A stretch of DNA of 64,000 bases. Source: a bacterium. GTDB taxonomy: Bacteria > Electryoneota > JAOADG01. A program made the translations under genes and the position numbers. This document shows, piece after piece, positions 9,441 to 18,283 of this stretch (position 1 is the stretch's first letter; every line of letters begins with the position of its first letter). The DNA lies in contig OY820579.1 in the NCBI GenBank assembly GCA_963681965.1, forward strand, positions 992,001 through 1,056,000, written 5' to 3'. The notes beneath the pieces are model-generated. The model was given only the letters and a program-made list of their open reading frames with translations. It did no database searches and was not told the origin of the DNA.

Positions 9441-10922
9441 TTGAAACGAATAACGGTTTTCGGATTATTTATTCTCGCGTTGGTCACCGCTGCGATTGCA
9501 CAAACTACGGATTATACCAGTGAATCGTTGAAAGACCGTCTTAAGTCCGCCGAGACCAAAGAAGCCCGGGTTGAGATCTTTCAAGATTTTCTCAAGAATG
9601 CGAAAGATTTGGATATCTTGCGAAGTGTGCAAGATGAATGGCGTCGCGACGATTCCGCAAGCTGCGTCGAGCAATTCGATAAACTGCTCAAGCGCAATCC
9701 GAAATCGGCAAAGTATACTTATCTTCGCGGTAGGTTAGCCAGCGATGATTTGGAAAAAATAAAGTATGGTCACGAAGCCTTGAATCTCGATCCCAAATTC
9801 GGTTACGGATACCGGTTAGTACTCACCACTTTTTTTCCGATTATTCGCGACAATAAACCAATCGATGCCACAAATCCATTAGGACAAGCGTATCTAGCCG
9901 ATACCGCATTGTTCGCAAAATGGGCAGCGACTGAGCCGCGAAGCGATATGGCACAGATGACCTATTATCAGTATTTGATTCACGAAAAGCGATACGACGA
10001 AGCAGAAAAAATTCTCGATCGCAGCAAAGCGCTCAACTTCTCGTGGACGAGTGAAACGGAGTATGCCAAACTGTACGCGCTGCAGGGCAGATACGAGAAT
10101 GCACTGCTGACTCTTTCCGAGATGTTGAAGAACAATCCTAAGACCGCAAAACTAAGCGATGCGGAAAAAGCAAAAGAGCTTGATGGCTATTACCTCAGTA
10201 TTCTCGCGTCAGCGAACGCTAACGAACGGATTGTCAAATACATTTCCGATAAATCGGGATTTGAAAAAGATCTCGATTACCTGCAACAGCTAATCACTGC
10301 GAACATTCGAATGAACAAATTGGATAAAGCGTTCGAATCATTTGAATATGTTGTTCAACTTGGTGGTGCTCAACTCGAAGAGTGGGATCTTCCCGAGATC
10401 GCTGTCATACAAAAAGATACTCGCTGGCCGGCAATGGCGAAAAAGCTCACTGATGCTTGGAAGAACGGTGCCGATAAGCGACGTGAAAAAGTGATTGCCG
10501 AAAAGATTAACGTTCCAGCTCCCGACTGGGACCTAAAAACGCCGGATGGAAAATTGGTGAAGCTGTCATCGTTAAAAGGGTCGGTCGTGGTTCTTGATTT
10601 CTGGGCGACTTGGTGCGGTCCGTGCCGGATGGCGATGCCGGTCATTTCCGAATACACCGGCAAGAAACCGCAAGGTGTACGGGTTTTCTCGATTCAAGTT
10701 TGGGAACCCGATCATCAGAAAGCGGTCGATTTTATGAAAACTCAGGGATTCAAGATGGAACTGTTGTTTGGAACCGAGGAACTCCCAAAACAATATGAAG
10801 TTTCAGGAATTCCAACACTGTTTATCATTGACAAAAACGGTAATATTCGCTATAAGGAAATCGGATATAGTCCCTTGCTGGCAGAAAAACTGCCGTGGTG
10901 GGTCGACGATTTATTGAAATAA
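9441..10922 (+). CDS. Exported TPR-repeat protein with C-terminal TlpA/redoxin domain
   Basis: Signal peptide, TPR-like helices, VVLDFWATWCGPC, GIPTLFIIDKNG. TTG 9441 follows a GGAGGA RBS. Confidence 0.88.
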   Translation: MKRITVFGLFILALVTAAIAQTTDYTSESLKDRLKSAETKEARVEIFQDFLKNAKDLDILRSVQDEWRRDDSASCVEQFDKLLKRNPKSAKYTYLRGRLASDDLEKIKYGHEALNLDPKFGYGYRLVLTTFFPIIRDNKPIDATNPLGQAYLADTALFAKWAATEPRSDMAQMTYYQYLIHEKRYDEAEKILDRSKALNFSWTSETEYAKLYALQGRYENALLTLSEMLKNNPKTAKLSDAEKAKELDGYYLSILASANANERIVKYISDKSGFEKDLDYLQQLITANIRMNKLDKAFESFEYVVQLGGAQLEEWDLPEIAVIQKDTRWPAMAKKLTDAWKNGADKRREKVIAEKINVPAPDWDLKTPDGKLVKLSSLKGSVVVLDFWATWCGPCRMAMPVISEYTGKKPQGVRVFSIQVWEPDHQKAVDFMKTQGFKMELLFGTEELPKQYEVSGIPTLFIIDKNGNIRYKEIGYSPLLAEKLPWWVDDLLK

Positions 10923-10942
10923 TTACACGTATCACTGAATGT

Positions 10943-10983
10943 ATCGATGGGGCATTGCGATAGTGCCCCATTCGATTTTTTTT
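10943..10983 (+). terminator. Intrinsic terminator
   Basis: ATGGGGCATT-GCGAT-AGTGCCCCAT hairpin followed by a T-run. Confidence 0.8.
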
Positions 10984-11113
10984 GCGTGAACAAGCAGCAA
11001 GACTGATTTTTCGGAAGATGTAATTGATTCCCGGTAAAAATACGGGAATTTGCGTATGTCAGGTTTCCTCGCTACTTTCAAAAGTTTATTGCAGCTAGAA
11101 TCTTCGGAGAACC

Positions 11114-12874
11114 ATGGATCGAAATACTTGGATTGCGTTAGCACTAATCGGACTTGTCATTATCATGACGCCGTATTGGGAGGGTTGGTTCAATCCAAAA
11201 CCAGCACCCGAGCCGGTAACACAGCAGACTCGCACCGATACTGTTGTGGTGAAGAAGGACTCTACTATCGGCAAAATAGGTGCCGTAACGCGCACCGATT
11301 CAATTGCCACGGCAAAACCGCTGTCGGAAGCGATTGCTTGGCAGTCTCGAAAATCCGATGAATCAAAAGGGGTAACCCGGATCGAAACCCCGCTCTACAG
11401 TGCTGTGTTGGCATGGGATGGCGCGCGATTCGTCAGTTGGAAATTGAAACCGAACGGTAAATACATCAAAGAACCGACGGAATTGGCACGGAACCAAGGC
11501 TTTGCGATTATTCCCGGGGCTTTTTTCCGGGATGGCGGCATTCGAACTGTCGATCACTTGGTATTCTCCTCCTCCGACACTGTAATTAATATCGGACCCG
11601 GTGAAACCAAGCCAGTCGTATTGAAAGCACAATTCGATCAAATCGGACCTGTCGAGGTTATCTACCAATTCAAGGGTAACGATTTCACCTTTGATATTAC
11701 TGCGCGCTTTGTCTCCTCAAATCCCGCGTGGCAGGGCGAAACCGGTGTCTGGACAATGTCGCCAGGTTTGAATCCTACCGAAGATCTTCGCGTTAGTTCT
11801 ACCGGAAAATTCATCAATGTCGGCGAAGACTACTATATTGGCAGCCATACTTGGCTCGGTGAGGTGTCCAAAGGGATGCACGAAGAATTCTCACCGAAAG
11901 CGGATAAAATCGACAAATTTGAAGCGACCGGAACAACTCAATGGGTCGCTCAACGCAGCAAATACTTTGTTGCCGCACTACAACCGCTGAAGCCTGCGAA
12001 TTCCGTGATAATGCAATCGGACATCGGTCCGGAAAAGACTTGGAAAACCCAACGGATTCAACTTCAGGTGTCGCCGACCGGTGGTAACGGCGTTTTTGCT
12101 GCTCGTGTTTATCTAGGACCGCTCAAAGACGATATGGTTACCGCGTTTGCGCCCGATCTCAGTAGTATTATGAACTGGGGTTGGATTATCATCAAGCCGT
12201 TTTCGATTGCAACACTCTGGTTGCTGGCGTTCTTATACAAGATTGTTCCGAATTACGGATTAGTGATTTTAATTTTCACGATCATCATCAAGCTGGTGTT
12301 GTGGCCATTGACAGTGAAGCAATTTCGCAGCATGAAAGAGATGCAGATTGTACAACCACTGCTGGCTGAAATGCGGGAGAAATATAAGGACAACCCGAAG
12401 AAGCAGCAGGAAGAGATGTTCCGCATATATGGCGAGTACAGAATCAATCCTGCCGCAGGTTGCTTGCCGATGGTTCTCCAGATGCCGGTTCTCTATTCTT
12501 TATTCATCGTGTTCCGCTCGACGATCGAACTACGCGATGCACCCTTCCTGTTCTGGATTAAAGATTTGTCGCAACCGGAAGCATTGATGTATCTCCCGTT
12601 CAATATTCCACTTTACGGACAGAATGTGGCACTATTACCGATTTTAATGGGTGTCACGCAGTTCTTTATGAGTAAACAGACGGCAACCAACGATCCCAAT
12701 CAAAAAATCATGTTATACATGATGCCGGTTATGATGAGCGTATTCTTCAATTCGCTACCTGCCGGATTGGTGTTGTACTATACTTTCTATAATCTGACGA
12801 CGATCATTCAGCAGCACTATATCAAGGGTACTACCGACAAAAAAGTACCGGAAGTTGCGGTAATTAAATCCTGA
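11114..12874 (+). CDS. yidC: Membrane protein insertase YidC
   Basis: N-terminal TM, large periplasmic domain, YLGP, NYGLVILIFTIIIKLVLWPL, NPAAGCLPMVLQMP, PFLFWIKDLS, PAGLVLYY. Confidence 0.96.
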   Translation: MDRNTWIALALIGLVIIMTPYWEGWFNPKPAPEPVTQQTRTDTVVVKKDSTIGKIGAVTRTDSIATAKPLSEAIAWQSRKSDESKGVTRIETPLYSAVLAWDGARFVSWKLKPNGKYIKEPTELARNQGFAIIPGAFFRDGGIRTVDHLVFSSSDTVINIGPGETKPVVLKAQFDQIGPVEVIYQFKGNDFTFDITARFVSSNPAWQGETGVWTMSPGLNPTEDLRVSSTGKFINVGEDYYIGSHTWLGEVSKGMHEEFSPKADKIDKFEATGTTQWVAQRSKYFVAALQPLKPANSVIMQSDIGPEKTWKTQRIQLQVSPTGGNGVFAARVYLGPLKDDMVTAFAPDLSSIMNWGWIIIKPFSIATLWLLAFLYKIVPNYGLVILIFTIIIKLVLWPLTVKQFRSMKEMQIVQPLLAEMREKYKDNPKKQQEEMFRIYGEYRINPAAGCLPMVLQMPVLYSLFIVFRSTIELRDAPFLFWIKDLSQPEALMYLPFNIPLYGQNVALLPILMGVTQFFMSKQTATNDPNQKIMLYMMPVMMSVFFNSLPAGLVLYYTFYNLTTIIQQHYIKGTTDKKVPEVAVIKS

Positions 12875-12890
12875 TAATCCATTAGAATTG

Positions 12891-12921
12891 AAAACACCCG
12901 GTAATTTTACCGGGTGTTTTT
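12891..12921. terminator. Bidirectional intrinsic terminator
   Basis: AAAACACCCGGTAA-TT-TTACCGGGTGTTTT between convergent genes. Confidence 0.85.
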
Positions 12922-12944
12922 GTATATTGCCAAATTTTCTTCGA

Positions 12945-13316
12945 CTAGTCGTCGGTAACGGCGGTTCGAGTCGGCGGTTTGTCGGCGGATACGATGATTC
13001 GCTGGCGGCGTCGCTGGCGATCGTATTCGTCGTTCATCTCGTTGATCATGAACTCTTTTCCTTCCGACGATCCGAGGCGGATAACCATAATCACGCGACC
13101 CTTGTATTGGCGGATATCGCGACCATCCTTGATTAAGCCTTCGATACCCTGCGTTGTAATAATCCGCATCTTACCAATCACATTGATAATCTTCCCGGTC
13201 ATATCGACTTCGATCAGGAATGGATACCCTTTGTAGCGACGAACATTCCGGGCACGGATCCACGGGATGCGAGCGAATAGTGATTGGTTATTACCGGTCA
13301 TTGCAGTGATTGCCAT
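12945..13316 (-). CDS. Hypothetical basic protein (123 aa)
   Basis: GGAGG RBS 4 nt upstream of the ATG; ends at a terminator; no family recognised. Confidence 0.6.
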   Translation of the reverse strand: MAITAMTGNNQSLFARIPWIRARNVRRYKGYPFLIEVDMTGKIINVIGKMRIITTQGIEGLIKDGRDIRQYKGRVIMVIRLGSSEGKEFMINEMNDEYDRQRRRQRIIVSADKPPTRTAVTDD

Positions 13317-13460
13317 AGCGCCTCCATATCGAGCACTAGAAAGATACCATGTTCCAAGGCTAGGATCAACTCAAATTACTACTTTGAAAAGATAAATAAT
13401 CTAACCCTACCCCAAATTGGGTTTGCGGGATTGACCGCAGATTTAAGTAATCGTTTTAAG

Positions 13461-13492
13461 AAAAATCGGGATACGAATGGGTCGTATCCCGA
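13461..13492 (-). terminator. Intrinsic terminator for 13520-14746
   Basis: TCGGGATACGA-N5-TCGTATCCCGA, with a T-run on the minus strand. Confidence 0.75.
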
Positions 13493-13519
13493 GATAACAC
13501 AAGATAAATTTTTAATAAA

Positions 13520-14746
13520 TTACTTCAGTAGCAACATGGATTTCGCGGTTGACCCCGAGTTCGTTTTAATCTGGAAAATGTATTCGCCCGAGGTCAGCTT
13601 CGAACCGTCGAATATCAATCGTTGCTCCCCTTGTTGTTGAATTCCGGTGAAAAGCGTCGCTACCGATCGACCGGAAGCATCGAACACGTTTACTGACACT
13701 TCACTTCGCTTGGGCAGCGAGTATTGGATCGTAGTCGTTGGATTAAACGGATTGGGGTAATTTTTGGCAATCACGATTGAAACGGGAAGCATGTGATGCA
13801 TTCCCTCATCGACCCCTAGTGAGATTCTTGTTCGATAAATACCATCGCCGAAAGTTGAAGCATAGAGATAACCACTCGTTGATTGATAAGCGATACTTCG
13901 GATTTGCTGCCCACCTAAACCAGTCGCATAGGGTGTCCAAGTGGTGCCTGCGTCGGTCGATCGAATGATCGTCGTATCAAATCCGGCATACAAAACGTAA
14001 TTGGTGGTTCCGATCGATGAGGAGGAAATCGCCTCGATACTCTGACGTGGTCCGACGGCTTGCCATGAGGTAAGGTTATTTGATCGGTAAATTCCACTGT
14101 CGGTAGCCGCGTAAACAAAAGCAGATGCGTATGCAAACGAATAAATCATTCGCCCTGTCAAACCACACGGGGTTAAAGTATTGGTGGTGTGAACATAGCG
14201 AAATACACCGCCGCTATCGGTTCCGATCATAGCGAATCCGCTGATCTGAAACACTGTCGTTATTCTGCGACCGGGAACAGTTTGAGCAACGGGAAGAGCA
14301 GATCCGTTTGCCAATCCTTTGTAAAGTGCCCGTTCGGAACTAACCATCAGCGTCGGGGGTGTCGTAACCCAATCGGCTGATATGGATGTGATCATACCTG
14401 GAGTCATTTGCATTGACGTCCAGCTTTGTCCACCATTGGTAGAGCGCCGTAGATAGAAATTGGTGTAATCGTAGAATCCGGAATAAAATTCAGTCGAACT
14501 GGTATTGTAGAATCCATTGATTTCACCCTGATCGACAGAATCGATGGTTGTCCAAGAGGCTCCAAGATTGGTACTATGCCAGATACCATTGAAACCGCTC
14601 GGGTAAATATCGTCGTTACTGTAAAAGCGAATTTCGTTGACGAATTTACCCTCTAGTCCGTTCTGTTGCCAATACGGCTGGGCTGTGGAAAGAGAAGCGA
14701 AAATGAGCAGTGCGATGAGACAAGAAAACGGTAGAATTTTATTCAT
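13520..14746 (-). CDS. Secreted BNR/Asp-box beta-propeller protein with C-terminal T9SS type-A/FlgD-like domain
   Basis: Signal peptide; repeats STNLGASW, STNGGQSW, STDAGTTW; C-terminal NYPNPFNPTTTIQY...SGEY...KSMLLLK. Confidence 0.85.
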   Translation of the reverse strand: MNKILPFSCLIALLIFASLSTAQPYWQQNGLEGKFVNEIRFYSNDDIYPSGFNGIWHSTNLGASWTTIDSVDQGEINGFYNTSSTEFYSGFYDYTNFYLRRSTNGGQSWTSMQMTPGMITSISADWVTTPPTLMVSSERALYKGLANGSALPVAQTVPGRRITTVFQISGFAMIGTDSGGVFRYVHTTNTLTPCGLTGRMIYSFAYASAFVYAATDSGIYRSNNLTSWQAVGPRQSIEAISSSSIGTTNYVLYAGFDTTIIRSTDAGTTWTPYATGLGGQQIRSIAYQSTSGYLYASTFGDGIYRTRISLGVDEGMHHMLPVSIVIAKNYPNPFNPTTTIQYSLPKRSEVSVNVFDASGRSVATLFTGIQQQGEQRLIFDGSKLTSGEYIFQIKTNSGSTAKSMLLLK

Positions 14747-14936
14747 TTTTCTTCCTCGGTAAGATGTTGGTGAGACAAAATTTGTATCGATTTAACAAAA
14801 TAAATATAAACTCACATCTTTCATAGGTATTTTTCAGAAATAGTGCAAAATTCCGTGATAATCATTAAATCACACCCATGTTTCATAAATAAACACTTAG
14901 CTTGCGATACCGTTGAAGATAGATTTGCCGACTGGC

Positions 14937-14966
14937 TGTAACTTTTTCAAATCTCATTGCGTCTAA
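14937..14966 (+). promoter_or_regulatory. ECF-type promoter (probable autoregulation)
   Basis: TGTAAC-N17-CGTCTAA, ending ~25 bp upstream of the ECF sigma start; matches the generic AAC...CGT ECF consensus. Confidence 0.65.
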
Positions 14967-14990
14967 ACGTATAGAACATCGAGGACAAAA

Positions 14991-15536
14991 TTGGTCGCAA
15001 CCGCTTCAGCCGATTCATTATTCTGGAAAAGTGCTTACGAAGAGCACGGACGAGCGTTGCTATCGTTTCTCCAGCGTCGAACTCGATGTTTGGAGGACGC
15101 CGAGGATTTGTTGCAAGAGACTTTTGTTCAAGCGATGCGATCGACCGAAGTGCTGCGTGACCGAAGTAAAGTAAAATCGTATTTGTTCACAATTGCCAAT
15201 AATCTGATGCTGAATAAAATGCGACGTTCGCACAAAGAGATCAGATTGTTTGAGAATGAGGACGGTACGAATCCTTTAGAACAATTTGCCGATAGCAGTT
15301 CGGATACAGAAACCATATTGGCGCAGTCGGAATTGGAAGGTCAAATCTCGCGCATTTTGTCCGACATGCCGGCGGCACACCGAACCGCATTCGAATTGGG
15401 CATCATTCAGCGTCTTTCCTACGACGAGATAGTAAAAGCAACTGGATGGACGCTTGCGCAAGTGAAAATCAATGTGTTTCGCGCACGAAAAAAGGCAATA
15501 TCCAGTTTACGCGATGACTTTGTCGTGATGATGTAG
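14991..15536 (+). CDS. ECF RNA polymerase sigma-70 factor
   Basis: Region 2 DAEDLLQETF, KSYLFTIANN; region 4 LSYDEI...VKINVFRARKK. Confidence 0.93.
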   Translation: MVATASADSLFWKSAYEEHGRALLSFLQRRTRCLEDAEDLLQETFVQAMRSTEVLRDRSKVKSYLFTIANNLMLNKMRRSHKEIRLFENEDGTNPLEQFADSSSDTETILAQSELEGQISRILSDMPAAHRTAFELGIIQRLSYDEIVKATGWTLAQVKINVFRARKKAISSLRDDFVVMM

Positions 15537-15546
15537 AGGTAAATCC

Positions 15547-16200
15547 ATGTTTCAGGAACCAGTAGCCAAGAATAATCTCGATGAATGGGAACTAAATCTT
15601 TCCGCACTAATCGACGGTGAATTAGAATCGGATGCAATCCTCCCGACGATCGATCGATTATTGGAACACGGTGAATTGCGGGAATTCTATATCGGTTCGC
15701 GAAAGTTCCAACAACGTCTCGCACGACAAAAAATTGCGAAACCAGTGAAAACGGCACTTCCAGACGGATTGTGGGAAAAGATCGAACGGAATAGTCGTCC
15801 CAATCGAACCCGAATAATTCAACTCTTTCCAAAAAATCTGAGGGTCTTGGCGGCTGCTGCAATATTGATTATTGCCGGTGTGTTTGCTGGACGGTATAGC
15901 ATACAACCATTCCGATTACCGTTCCAATCGAATGATCCGATCGTGGTTCAGGTTGGTGAAGACAAAGGTCGGATGAACGATCAGCGCTTCCTTGCGCTAA
16001 CGGTCGAAGTGCTGCGGTCGGACAATCGGTATCAACGAAAGATGATGGAAGTATTAGAAGCGATCAATCCGGTTAATCCGACGTTAGGTGAAAAGAATTA
16101 CACGACAATTGGTTCACGACGCATCAATTCAACGGAAAAGAAATCCGACTCGGAAGCGGAGAAACTGTTTGAAGTTTCGGCGCGTGGTCAAAACCATTAG
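15547..16200 (+). CDS. Putative membrane anti-sigma factor
   Basis: N-terminal LSALIDGEL (RseA-like), single TM LAAAAILIIAGVFAG; directly follows the ECF sigma gene. Confidence 0.8.
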   Translation: MFQEPVAKNNLDEWELNLSALIDGELESDAILPTIDRLLEHGELREFYIGSRKFQQRLARQKIAKPVKTALPDGLWEKIERNSRPNRTRIIQLFPKNLRVLAAAAILIIAGVFAGRYSIQPFRLPFQSNDPIVVQVGEDKGRMNDQRFLALTVEVLRSDNRYQRKMMEVLEAINPVNPTLGEKNYTTIGSRRINSTEKKSDSEAEKLFEVSARGQNH

Positions 16201-16246
16201 TTAACAATTGTAACAACCGAGTATTGTTACGAGAAGGGGAATTGCG

Positions 16247-17662
16247 ATGAACAGGCAGCTATCGAAATCGATGTTCGGATTGCTACTAATTGCGATACTA
16301 GTTGTATCGTCGCCGATTAGTACGTTTGCTCGAGGCGAAAAAGACGGGTATATCTACGGCAAAATCGAAACCAAATCGGGAAATAGCTATGTCGGAAACA
16401 TCCGGTGGGGTACCGAAGAGGCGTTTTGGGACGATTTTTTCAATTCCACCAAATCCGATAATCCGAACCGGAAATTTCTCGATCGATATTCCAAAAAAGA
16501 TGCCGAAGAAAAATTGTTGAAACCATTGATCCAAAAAGAAAAAGAAGCATTGCGACTGGAACAGGAAGCATACAAGAAGAACGACAAGACACTGATCGAT
16601 GCTGCCGAAAAGTACCGGAAGGAAGTCGAACGACAGCGAATCCACGCCGAACGCATCCAAACCATTTCCAAGCGATCGAAGAACATCAGTATTTTCGGTG
16701 GATCGATTCAAGTCAACTTCGATGGGTTTGCTTCGAATCACATATTCGAAGTTCGATTTGGCGATATCAAGAAAATCAAAGTCGAAGGCAGCGAGGAAGC
16801 CGAAGTGACGATCAAGAACGATCAAGTGTTCGAAGTCTCCGGAGGCTCCAACGATGTCGAAGGTGAAGTAACAATTCAGGATGCTACAATCGGTGAAGTA
16901 AAGGTTCCTTGGAAAAAAATTGAAACAGTCGAATTTATGGCAACCCCTGCGACTATTTCACCGGTAGGTACTCGCTTATACGGGACAGTAGAATCGGAAG
17001 CCGGATCCTTTCAAGGCTTCATTCAGTGGGATGAAGAAGAGTGCTTGACGACCGACAAGTTAGATGGCGATTCCGATGACGGTCGAATGTCGATTGCGAT
17101 GGGATCGATTAGATCAATTTCGCGAAAAAGTAGTTCGAGTTCCCGGGTCGAACTCAAAGATAATCGACAATTGGTATTGGAAGGTACAAACGATGTCGAC
17201 GAATCCAACCGAGGAATAATGGTGGAAGATCCGCGTTTCGGACGGGTCATTGTACCGTGGGATGTTTTCGAAAAAGTCACCTTTACCGATATTGGTAACA
17301 GTGGAACCGGTTATCACGAATTTCCCATTCCCAAGGCACTGACAGGTGTCGTTACCGATGAAGATGGAAAGACTTACACGGGTCGCATTGTGTACGATCT
17401 GGACGAAGCCTACACCTGTGAAATCTTGAGCGGACAGAGCTTTGACGTCGACTACCACATTCCGTTCTCGAAAATTGCTTCGATCTCGCCTAAAACAAGC
17501 CATTCATCGCGAATCGAACTAGTCACCGGTGAAAAAATCACACTGGAAGGATCAGGGGATGTCGACAGCAGTAACAACGGTATCCTCATTTACAAGGATG
17601 GTAACAGTGAACCGGAGTATTTGTATTGGGAAGAAATCGCATCGATCAAATTCGATAAATAG
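16247..17662 (+). CDS. Exported hypothetical protein with three ~115-aa internal repeats
   Basis: Signal peptide; three copies of (Y/T)G.(I/V)...G.I.(W/Y)...E ... (S/T)(N/G)DV ... W....(I/V).F. Confidence 0.8.
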   Translation: MNRQLSKSMFGLLLIAILVVSSPISTFARGEKDGYIYGKIETKSGNSYVGNIRWGTEEAFWDDFFNSTKSDNPNRKFLDRYSKKDAEEKLLKPLIQKEKEALRLEQEAYKKNDKTLIDAAEKYRKEVERQRIHAERIQTISKRSKNISIFGGSIQVNFDGFASNHIFEVRFGDIKKIKVEGSEEAEVTIKNDQVFEVSGGSNDVEGEVTIQDATIGEVKVPWKKIETVEFMATPATISPVGTRLYGTVESEAGSFQGFIQWDEEECLTTDKLDGDSDDGRMSIAMGSIRSISRKSSSSSRVELKDNRQLVLEGTNDVDESNRGIMVEDPRFGRVIVPWDVFEKVTFTDIGNSGTGYHEFPIPKALTGVVTDEDGKTYTGRIVYDLDEAYTCEILSGQSFDVDYHIPFSKIASISPKTSHSSRIELVTGEKITLEGSGDVDSSNNGILIYKDGNSEPEYLYWEEIASIKFDK

Positions 17663-17671
17663 TAGTCTTTA

Positions 17672-17781
17672 GTATCTCTGGAAAATAAGTTGTTATCGGT
17701 AGTAGGGGCGGACCCCCGCGTCCGCCCGCAGGTTAGGCGAAGCCTGACACCGAATCATGATTACTTATTTTCAAGAACTAC
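17672..17781. repeat. GTAG-type REP hairpin inside an imperfect inverted-repeat element (REPIN/MITE-like)
   Basis: GTAGGGGCGGACCCCCGCGTCCGCCC (17702-17727) and second hairpin GTTAGGC-GAA-GCCTGAC, flanked by TCTGGAAAATAAGT...ACTTATTTTCAAGA. Confidence 0.6.
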
Positions 17782-17798
17782 AATCGAGCAAATACACC

Positions 17799-17830
17799 AA
17801 AATGCCGGAGTGATCCGGCAATTTGCGTTT
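17799..17830 (+). terminator. Probable intrinsic terminator
   Basis: TGCCGGA-GTGA-TCCGGCA with A-rich and T-rich flanks. Confidence 0.6.
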
Positions 17831-18283
17831 GTACTCACTGCCTTTTAGACATCGTAATGTTTCCTCAGGGAGCTGATTTAAGTTATAGTAAAACTAAATT
17901 CTTTCTATTATTCAGTAAAACATCAAGGAATATCAGATTATAGAACCGAGCTGATTGACGTAAGGTTCTTTAAAATACGTAATATTAGGTGGATCGACTT
18001 TGTGACAATTCTGCAGAGGGGATGCAAGCAGTATTTCTTTTAGAATCCCGTAAAAATCTTCAGATCTGAAATAAATTCGATTATTTTAAATGAAATGTGG
18101 TTTCCGACAATAAGTCACTCATTTCACTAGGGTTTGTGACACATTTCCTAAAAATATTCTAAACCCAACCGGTGGATAGTTTGTCGAACTCATACCGGAA
18201 AGAGCATCGTGCTTTTTCCAGACTCGTATATTGCCAGATCTTGCCCAAGTTCAATTTCGAAGTATTGCTGAAGGAGAGTACTC

